In this document: piece after piece, positions 57,454-64,000 of the stretch
How positions within the stretch are numbered: position 1 is the stretch's first letter
Layout: each line of letters opens with the position of its first letter
Assembly: GCA_902539195.1 (NCBI GenBank)
Contig: CACBHZ010000004.1
Span: 3,562-67,561, forward strand
Direction: 5' to 3'
DNA: 64,000 nucleotides
DNA from: an uncultured Pelagibacteraceae bacterium
GTDB taxonomy: Bacteria; Pseudomonadota; Alphaproteobacteria; Pelagibacterales; Pelagibacteraceae
Translations under genes and position numbers: made by a program
The notes under the pieces: generated by a model
The model's database searches: none
What the model saw: only the letters and a program-made list of their open reading frames with translations
What the model was told of the DNA's origin: nothing

Positions 57454-58314
57454 ATGACAAAATCATTTCCTTTGCTCTTTATATTATTATGGTCGTCGGC
57501 ATTCATATCTGGGAAAGAAATTGTTCAAAACGCTTCTCCATTTGCAGCTTTAGCATTTAGATTTGGGATTGTAACAATTGGTTTTCTTATATTTGCTTAT
57601 CTCAGTAATGATAAAATTTTCGGAAAATTAAAAAATATTATTGAAAGTCTTTCAACAGGTATTTTATTTCATGGGATTTATTTAGGTGGATGTTGGTATG
57701 CATTTTCAATTGGAATGCCAGCTGCAATTGTAGCTTTAATAGTTACACTTCAGCCGATTTTAACAAATATTTTATCTGGTCCTATTTTTGGAGAAAAAAT
57801 ATCTTGGAAACAGTGGGTGGGTATCAGTTTAGGGTTCATTGGTTCTGTCACTGTCTTAGGTATTGATTTTGGAAAAGAAATTCCTCCTTTAGGATTGTTA
57901 GCTACAGTCTTAGCTTTATTTGCAATAACGGCTGGAACATTGTGGCAAAAAAAATTGAGTGGAAATTTAGCTTTGTCAGTTAACAATGCATATCAAGCAG
58001 TTGGTGGTTGCCTTTTTAATCTATTATTAATGTTTATATTTGAAAATGCTTACATAAATTTTACAACTAGTTTTATATTGGGTATGTCTCACCAAATTAT
58101 ATTAGTTTCATTTGGGGCTTTTACTATTCTTATGTTTTTAATCAAAAGGGGTACAGTGGGCAAAACTACTACTTTATTTTTTTTAGTACCTCCTACTTCA
58201 GCAGTGATGGCATGGATATTTTTAAATGAACAATTAACATTTACTGACATAATTGGTTTTTTAATAACAACCGTTGGGGTATTTATAGCTACACGGGATA
58301 AAAAGAATGGATAA
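57454..58314 (+). CDS. DMT/EamA family transporter
   Basis: LFILLWSSAFI, ALIVTLQPILT, LVPP. Confidence 0.88.
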   Translation: MTKSFPLLFILLWSSAFISGKEIVQNASPFAALAFRFGIVTIGFLIFAYLSNDKIFGKLKNIIESLSTGILFHGIYLGGCWYAFSIGMPAAIVALIVTLQPILTNILSGPIFGEKISWKQWVGISLGFIGSVTVLGIDFGKEIPPLGLLATVLALFAITAGTLWQKKLSGNLALSVNNAYQAVGGCLFNLLLMFIFENAYINFTTSFILGMSHQIILVSFGAFTILMFLIKRGTVGKTTTLFFLVPPTSAVMAWIFLNEQLTFTDIIGFLITTVGVFIATRDKKNG

Positions 58315-59224
58315 CAATTTTTTTAAAAAAATAAGAATTTTAGATGGTGGTATGGGTCAATTATTACTTGAAAAAGGAATGGTATCTATGGGGACTTTAT
58401 GGTCTGCTAGCGCTTTATTAAATGAAAAATATCATCAAATGTTAGTTGATACTCATCTATCATATATCAACGCAGGCTCAGATGTTATTGTTACTAACAC
58501 CTTTAGTTGTAGAAAATTTAGATTAATAGAAAATAAAGTTGGTGATGAATTTAAAAAATTAAATGAAATTGCATGTAAACTTGCAATCAAAGCTAAAGAT
58601 TTATCTAAGAAAAATATATTAGTAGCTGGATCAATTCCAAGCCAAAGAGACACTTATATAACTGATGATCGTGATATCAAATTAATAGAGGAAGATATGT
58701 TTGAACAAGCTGATATTTTAAGTAAATTTACTGATTTTTTATACTTAGATGTTATTAGCAGCACTAATGAAGTTAAAGCCGCTCTTAATATATCTAAAAA
58801 ATTAAACAAAAAAGTTTTAATTGGAATACATTTAAAAAAAAATGGTGACCTACCCTCAGAAGAGAAAATTGAGCAATTACTTGAAATTATTCAAGATGAA
58901 AATACACTTGGTGTAGTTTGTGCGTGTATTTCTCCAGAAATATCTCTATCCATATTAGATAAATTTTTAAATTGTGAAATACCATTTGGATTTAAAATAA
59001 ATTTGTGGGGAGTTGATGAACCAGGCCCAATACATACATTTAATACAGCAAAACCTTATGAAATTGGAGTAAATCCTAATCAATCTTTAGGAAAAAGAGA
59101 AAATTTTGATGCAAATGAATTTTATAATCTATCAAAAAAATTCATAGAAGGTGGGGCAACAATTTTAGGTGGATGTTGTGAGACAAAACCAGAGCATATT
59201 AGCTCTATATCTTCATTTAAATAA
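58307..59224 (+). CDS. Homocysteine S-methyltransferase family protein (MmuM/BHMT-like)
   Basis: ILDGGMG, LWSA.AL, AGSDVI.TNTF, Zn Cys in VCACIS and GGCC. Confidence 0.88.
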   Translation: MDNNFFKKIRILDGGMGQLLLEKGMVSMGTLWSASALLNEKYHQMLVDTHLSYINAGSDVIVTNTFSCRKFRLIENKVGDEFKKLNEIACKLAIKAKDLSKKNILVAGSIPSQRDTYITDDRDIKLIEEDMFEQADILSKFTDFLYLDVISSTNEVKAALNISKKLNKKVLIGIHLKKNGDLPSEEKIEQLLEIIQDENTLGVVCACISPEISLSILDKFLNCEIPFGFKINLWGVDEPGPIHTFNTAKPYEIGVNPNQSLGKRENFDANEFYNLSKKFIEGGATILGGCCETKPEHISSISSFK

Positions 59225-60104
59225 TAATTTTTGTATCTGCTTTTCTAACAAAATAAATTCCTACAACTACAGCCAATAAAGATATTAATACCTTGTAAGT
59301 TATTAATTCACTTAAAAATATATAGCCTAAAATAATTCCAAAGATTGGAATTAAGTATGAGACTTGAGATTGGAAAATTAAACCATTCTTTTTCAAAATT
59401 TTAAACCTTAAAAGCCACGCAACTCCTGTTGGCACTATACCAAGATAAATTACTGACATGGTTGAATTTAATGATGGAGTATTTTCCCAAGGAGTTTCTA
59501 ATAAACACATCAAAGGAAATAAAATCAAAGCTGCCCAAATTAATATTGATCCAGTAACGTTTTCATTTTTTTTCTTACTAATTTTAAGTGTTAAAACTCC
59601 ACCTATTACATAACATGTTGATCCTACTAAAATTAATATTGCTGAAAGAAAATTATTTTCATCAATTAAAATATTATCAGAAAATAAATAAACAATTCCT
59701 GCAAATCCAATTAGTATTCCAACAGTTTTTGCAAAATTAAATTTTTCATTTTTTGTATAAAAGTGACCTAATATGGTAGAACTCAAAGGAGTTGTTGACA
59801 TCAAAATTGCAGCTAAATTACTTTGCACAGATTTTACTCCATGAGCAATTAAAAAGAATGGTATAACTAAATTGATTAGTCCTATTAACATGAACCAATG
59901 CCAATCTTTTGAAAATGCTTCAATTACTATTTTTTTATAAAAACATAAAATTAATACTGGTATAGATCCAAAAAAAACTCTCAAAAAAGCAATTGTCATT
60001 GGACCGAAAGATTCTGTTGCAATTTTTATATTAAAAAAAGCAGATGCCCAAATTATTGATAATAATGTTAATAAAATATAATCTGTTAAATTAGCTTGCT
60101 TCAT
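59217..60104 (-). CDS. DMT/EamA family transporter
   Basis: LSIIWASAF, IPFFLI, AAILMSTTP, VSYLIP. Confidence 0.88.
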   Translation of the reverse strand: MKQANLTDYILLTLLSIIWASAFFNIKIATESFGPMTIAFLRVFFGSIPVLILCFYKKIVIEAFSKDWHWFMLIGLINLVIPFFLIAHGVKSVQSNLAAILMSTTPLSSTILGHFYTKNEKFNFAKTVGILIGFAGIVYLFSDNILIDENNFLSAILILVGSTCYVIGGVLTLKISKKKNENVTGSILIWAALILFPLMCLLETPWENTPSLNSTMSVIYLGIVPTGVAWLLRFKILKKNGLIFQSQVSYLIPIFGIILGYIFLSELITYKVLISLLAVVVGIYFVRKADTKIII

Positions 60105-60580
60105 TCTGTAATATCTTTCACATCACCTTTTGTAATTTGAATTAATTTTTCATAATTGATCTTAAAAATCGCATTAGGATGACCAGCTGCAGCAAAAATA
60201 TCTGTAAACCTACTTAAAGAATTATCTATAAATATTTGAATTTTATTTATATGACCTACAGGAGATACACCCCCAATTGTATATCCTGTTTGAGATTTAA
60301 CCTCGTCAGCTGAAGCCATTCTCACATTTTTTTTTTCAGAAATTTTTTTTAATTTATTTAACGAACATCTTTTGTCACCAGAAACTAAACAAAGTAAAAA
60401 ATCATTTTCTGTCTTAATAATAAGACTTTTAACAATTGCTCCTACTTCACAATTTAATGAATTTGCTGCATCCAATGCTGTTTTTGCTGAGTTTTCTAAT
60501 TCAACAACTGATAGATTTTCATCAAACTCTTTAAGACACTTCTCAGCTCTTTTAACTGGTTCTTTATTTAACAAAGTCAT
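60101..60580 (-). CDS. YbaK/EbsC family aminoacyl-tRNA deacylase-like protein
   Basis: TALDAA, IVKSL, TGYTIGGVSP.GH, AAAG. Confidence 0.9.
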   Translation of the reverse strand: MTLLNKEPVKRAEKCLKEFDENLSVVELENSAKTALDAANSLNCEVGAIVKSLIIKTENDFLLCLVSGDKRCSLNKLKKISEKKNVRMASADEVKSQTGYTIGGVSPVGHINKIQIFIDNSLSRFTDIFAAAGHPNAIFKINYEKLIQITKGDVKDITE

Positions 60581-60725
60581 ATTCAACTTATGATTGATAA
60601 AAAAGCACTGAAATTATTGGCATAATTATATGTTTAAATTGCATAGGTGATATCCTCATTATATGTATTCTTTATTATAACAATATTGGTAATTAACCCA
60701 GATATTTAATTCTACAGGAGATAAT

Positions 60726-62132
60726 ATGAGCGCAAGCAAAGTTCTAAAAATGATGAAAGACAAGCAAATTGAGTTTGTCGATTTAAGATTTACAGACCCA
60801 AGAGGTAAATTACAGCACTTAACTATGGATGCATCGGTAGTCGATGGGGACATGTTAACCGATGGTGTATTTTTTGATGGATCATCTATTGCTGGATGGA
60901 AAGCAATAAATGAATCTGACATGATATTAAAACCAGATTTAAACAGACAAATTGTTGATCCATTCACATCTCATAATACTCTTGTTTTATTTTGCGATAT
61001 TTTAGATGCAATTAAAAGAAATCCTTATGAAAGAGATCCAAGAGGGATAGCGAAGAAAGCTGAAGCTTATTTAAAGAAGACTGGTATAGGTGATAAAGCT
61101 TACTTTGGTCCTGAACCAGAATTTTTTGTTTTTGATGATGTAAAAATCAAAAACGATATGAACGAGACAAGTTTTTCGATAGATAGTACAGAAGGACCAT
61201 ATAATTCTGGTAAAAATTATGAAAATGGTAATATGGGTCATAGACCTGGAGTTAAAGGTGGATATTTTCCAGTTCCACCAGTAGATAGTGCTCAGGATAT
61301 AAGAGGTGAATATCTAAAAGGTTTAAGAGATGTAGGGATCACAGTTGAAAAACATCACCATGAAGTTGCCCCAAGTCAGCACGAACTTGGAATGTTATTT
61401 GGTACGTTAGTTGATCAAGCTGATAATGTTCAGCTATACAAATATGTAGTTCAGATGGTTTCGCATTCATTTGGTAAAACTGCTACTTTTATGCCTAAAC
61501 CTGTAAAAGGTGATAATGGATCAGGAATGCACGTTCACCAATCAGTTTGGAAGGGAAAAACTCCAGTTTTTTCCGGAAATAAATATTCAGGTTTGTCGCA
61601 AACTGCACTTTATTATATTGGTGGTATACTTAAACATGCTAAGGCGATTAACGCGTTTTCAAATGCTACAACAAATAGTTACAAGAGATTAATTCCAGGT
61701 TTTGAAGCTCCGGTATTACTTGCTTATTCTGCAAGAAACAGATCTGCATCTTGTAGAATTCCAATAACTCTTAGCAAAAAAGGAGCGAGATGTGAAATTA
61801 GATTCCCAGACGCTTCTGGTAATCCTTATTTAACGTTTGCATCTATGTTAATGGCGGGAATTGACGGTATCAAAAATAAAATTGATCCAGGAAAATCTTT
61901 TGATAAAGATCTTTACGCTTTATCAGAAAAGGAAGTTAAAAAAGTTCCAACTGTTTGCGGATCATTAAGAGAAGCAATGGAAAGTTTAGATAAAGATAGA
62001 AAGTTTTTAACTCAAGGTGGAGTATTTACTGACGATCAAATTGATGCTTATATTGCTCTTAAATTTGAGGAGATACATAACTTTGAACATACACCTCATC
62101 CTATTGAGTTTGATATGTACTATAGTTGTTAA
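60726..62132 (+). CDS. glnA: Type I glutamine synthetase
   Basis: FDGSSI.GW, GPEPEFF, HHHEVA, FMPKP..GDNGSGMH, RNRSA..RIP, E.RFPD; AGGAG RBS. Confidence 0.98.
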   Translation: MSASKVLKMMKDKQIEFVDLRFTDPRGKLQHLTMDASVVDGDMLTDGVFFDGSSIAGWKAINESDMILKPDLNRQIVDPFTSHNTLVLFCDILDAIKRNPYERDPRGIAKKAEAYLKKTGIGDKAYFGPEPEFFVFDDVKIKNDMNETSFSIDSTEGPYNSGKNYENGNMGHRPGVKGGYFPVPPVDSAQDIRGEYLKGLRDVGITVEKHHHEVAPSQHELGMLFGTLVDQADNVQLYKYVVQMVSHSFGKTATFMPKPVKGDNGSGMHVHQSVWKGKTPVFSGNKYSGLSQTALYYIGGILKHAKAINAFSNATTNSYKRLIPGFEAPVLLAYSARNRSASCRIPITLSKKGARCEIRFPDASGNPYLTFASMLMAGIDGIKNKIDPGKSFDKDLYALSEKEVKKVPTVCGSLREAMESLDKDRKFLTQGGVFTDDQIDAYIALKFEEIHNFEHTPHPIEFDMYYSC

Positions 62133-62140
62133 ATAGCCTT

Positions 62141-62305
62141 TTATTTTTTAGCTATTTTATTTTTTCCTAAACCTTTTTTAACCACGTAGTTGAGGGTGCC
62201 ATGCGCGCCCGCCTCTACTGGTTTAATTAGACTTCTGAATAAAGATTTTCTTTTTTGAGTTTTAACTTCAGAGTTAATTAGGTTTTTATGCTCAAAAGTA
62301 TTCAT
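62141..62305 (-). CDS. Small basic hypothetical protein (54 aa)
   Basis: ATG 62305: MNTFEHKNLINSEVKTQKRKSLFRSLIKPVEAGAHGTLNYVVKKGLGKNKIAKK; fills the glnA-sufA gap; locally GC-richer core. Confidence 0.55.
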   Translation of the reverse strand: MNTFEHKNLINSEVKTQKRKSLFRSLIKPVEAGAHGTLNYVVKKGLGKNKIAKK

Positions 62306-62323
62306 ATGAATGATTCTACCATA

Positions 62324-62352
62324 GATATGCAATAAACGCAATGCTGATATGC
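62324..62352. promoter_or_regulatory. Putative LysR-type operator upstream of the 54-aa ORF
   Basis: ATGC-N7-GCAA (T-N11-A, 62327-62341); GATATGC repeated at 62324 and 62346, 22 bp apart. Confidence 0.35.
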
Positions 62353-62364
62353 GTATATTAAATA

Positions 62365-62700
62365 CTATATTTTAAAGGATTCTCCACATCCACATCTTTC
62401 CGTTTCATTCGGATTATTGAATACAAATTGTGAAGAAAATTTTTCTTTTTTAAAATCCATTTCTGTTCCAAGTAAATACATTACCGCTGCAGAGTCTATG
62501 AAGACTTTCACACCCTTATCTTCTACTACTTCGTCATTTGGGTTTGCCTCTTTTGTATACTCCATAATATAAGACATCCCTGCGCACCCGCCTGACTTAA
62601 CTCCAACTCTAACACCTAAAGAGTCTTTTTCAGCATTAGACATAATTTCTTTTATTCTTTGAGCTGCGTTATCGCTTAATGTTATAATTTGTTTTGTCAT
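62365..62700 (-). CDS. sufA: A-type Fe-S carrier protein (HesB/IscA/SufA family)
   Basis: GGCAGMSY, LLGTEMDF, CGCGESF. Confidence 0.88.
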   Translation of the reverse strand: MTKQIITLSDNAAQRIKEIMSNAEKDSLGVRVGVKSGGCAGMSYIMEYTKEANPNDEVVEDKGVKVFIDSAAVMYLLGTEMDFKKEKFSSQFVFNNPNETERCGCGESFKI

Positions 62701-62993
62701 AAATTTAGTTCAAGTTTTGCAGCTTCAGACATCATTGATTTGTCCCATGGTGGCTCCCATACTAAATCAAGATCTACTTTTGAAACTTCTTTGATTTCTA
62801 ATATACTGTCTTTAACTTCTTTAGGCAAACTTTCAGCTACTGGACAATTTGGTGTGGTTAAAGTCATTTTAACCTTAACTTCAGAATTATTAACGATAAT
62901 ATCGTATATCAATCCTAATTCATAAATATTAACAGGTATCTCAGGATCATAAATTTTTTTTATTTCAGCAATTACTTTTTCTTTAAGATCCAT
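62697..62993 (-). CDS. sufT: SUF-associated DUF59 protein (SufT-like)
   Basis: YDPEIPVNIYELGLIY, MTLTTPNCPVA, WEPPW. Confidence 0.88.
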   Translation of the reverse strand: MDLKEKVIAEIKKIYDPEIPVNIYELGLIYDIIVNNSEVKVKMTLTTPNCPVAESLPKEVKDSILEIKEVSKVDLDLVWEPPWDKSMMSEAAKLELNL

Positions 62994-62995
62994 TA

Positions 62996-63460
62996 TTAAT
63001 CCTCTGTTTTTACAATTTGATCTGAATTATCTAATGCTGATGTAAGAGTGTGCCAAGATAAAGTTGCGCACTTTACTCTCATAGGATATTGTTTAACACC
63101 AGATAAACTCATTAATTTAGTTTTTTCGTCGTCTTTTAAAATATTAGTTTCTAAAGAGTCTTTTTCTTTTATCATTCCTAAAAAATCTGTTACAATTTCT
63201 TTTACTTCTTTCTCTTCTTTGCCTCTAACCATATCAGTCATAATAGATGCCGATGCCATTGAAATAGCGCAGCCATGACCTTCAAATGCAATATCTTCAA
63301 CTTTTTTATTTTCATTTAATCTGAGATAAACATGAACATTATCGCCACATAAAGGATTATTTCCCTTTGCATCTTTATTATAATTATCAAACTTTCCTAA
63401 ATTCCTTGGATTTTTTCCATGGTCTAATATTATTTCTTGATATAAATCTTTTAAGTCCAT
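62996..63460 (-). CDS. sufU: SUF system NifU-family protein SufU
   Basis: LYQEIILDH, NPLCGD, GCAISMASAS, RVKCATL.W. Confidence 0.92.
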   Translation of the reverse strand: MDLKDLYQEIILDHGKNPRNLGKFDNYNKDAKGNNPLCGDNVHVYLRLNENKKVEDIAFEGHGCAISMASASIMTDMVRGKEEKEVKEIVTDFLGMIKEKDSLETNILKDDEKTKLMSLSGVKQYPMRVKCATLSWHTLTSALDNSDQIVKTED

Positions 63461-64000
63461 TATAAGTTGAAAATTTTTTTACATTTATTTATTGCTTCAT
63501 CAAGCTTATCAATATCATCTTTTGTATTATAAACTCCAAATGAAGCTCTTGCAGTTGCAGGTAAATTTAATTTATCATGTAATATTTGACAGCAGTGATG
63601 CCCTGCTCTAATAGCTACTCCATCTTCATCAAGAATTGTTGCGATATCATGTGGATGAACACCTTCAATAGTAAATGATATAACCCCACCCTTTTCTTTT
63701 GGATTTCCTATAATATTAACTGAATTATTTTTTCTTAACTTTTCTAGTCCGTAATCTAATAACTCTTTTTCATGTTTTTCGATATTTTGAATACCAATTT
63801 TTTCCATAAATTTTATGGATTCATTAAAAGCTATAACTTGTGCTGTAGCCATTGTTCCAGCCTCATATTTATTAGGTAATTCACCATAAGTGATACCTTC
63901 TTTTTTAACCTCATTTATCATTCCTCCTCCACCTTGATATGGGGGTAAATCTTCAAGCCATTTTTTTTTAGCATATAGAATACCTATTCCAGTTGGTCCG
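63460..64000 (-). CDS. sufS: Cysteine desulfurase SufS, 5' part outside the window
   Basis: Frame is open to the window edge (GPTGIGILY...PPYQGGG); EAGT, HPHD, group II RAGHHC motif, RASF..YN. Confidence 0.93.
   Translation of the reverse strand, partial: GPTGIGILYAKKKWLEDLPPYQGGGGMINEVKKEGITYGELPNKYEAGTMATAQVIAFNESIKFMEKIGIQNIEKHEKELLDYGLEKLRKNNSVNIIGNPKEKGGVISFTIEGVHPHDIATILDEDGVAIRAGHHCCQILHDKLNLPATARASFGVYNTKDDIDKLDEAINKCKKIFNL

Noticed and set aside
57431-58306. SAM-V/SAM-II riboswitch ahead of the homocysteine methyltransferase
   Set aside because: There is no intergenic space: the gene overlaps the upstream DMT gene, which itself has only a 23-bp leader.
60618-60642. Possible sigma-54 promoter (TGGCA...TTGC) upstream of glnA
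   Set aside because: The GG-to-GC spacing is 20 nt rather than the required 10.
371-63278. About 35 short ORFs in the track lying antisense to, or out of frame within, longer genes (e.g. 371-571, 995-1270, 4531-4797, 33209-33556, 54507-54824, 60659-60967)
   Set aside because: Each is mostly or wholly overlapped by a gene with clear family motifs and has no motif of its own; they are shadow ORFs.
1-64000. CRISPR arrays, tRNA/rRNA genes, IS elements, integrases, prophage genes, selenocysteine read-through
   Set aside because: No spaced direct repeats, cloverleaf-like or long GC-rich non-coding tracts, or transposase/integrase motifs were seen, and the redox proteins have ordinary Cys codons. 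This was judged by eye; tRNAscan-SE and Infernal were not run.

Overview
Very AT-rich (roughly 30% GC by eye), densely packed bacterial chromosome segment with about 66 protein-coding genes, tiny or overlapping intergenic spacers and no recognisable transcription-factor gene. Gene content and style point to a streamlined marine alphaproteobacterium of the SAR11/Pelagibacterales type (inference; no marker gene is in the window). Left to right: (1) an uncharacterised catabolic-looking locus (two SnoaL/NTF2 proteins, a cupin, a single-domain MetE-like Zn enzyme, a CUT1 ABC importer lacking its ATPase, and a HAD protein lacking its catalytic Asp); (2) a redox/sulfur group (Prx6, persulfide dioxygenase, cysE, cysK); (3) a run of small proteins plus an SMR pair lacking Glu14; (4) TRAP + ICL/PEP-mutase-family lyase + mmsB; (5) a Dpp-type ABC system; (6) an approximately 25 kb sugar/inositol region (iolD, iolE, iolG, two sugar ABC systems, ribokinase, RbsD/FucU, ROK kinase, ppc) with no iolB/iolC/iolJ but with an ALDH-HpcH aldolase-hydroxyacid dehydrogenase trio divergent from iolD; (7) a homocysteine S-methyltransferase, glnA without glnB, and the 3' end of a suf operon. 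All five solute-binding-protein genes are followed by a strong stem-loop. No rRNA, tRNA, CRISPR array or mobile element was recognised. All product calls come from motif recognition by eye, not from database searches.
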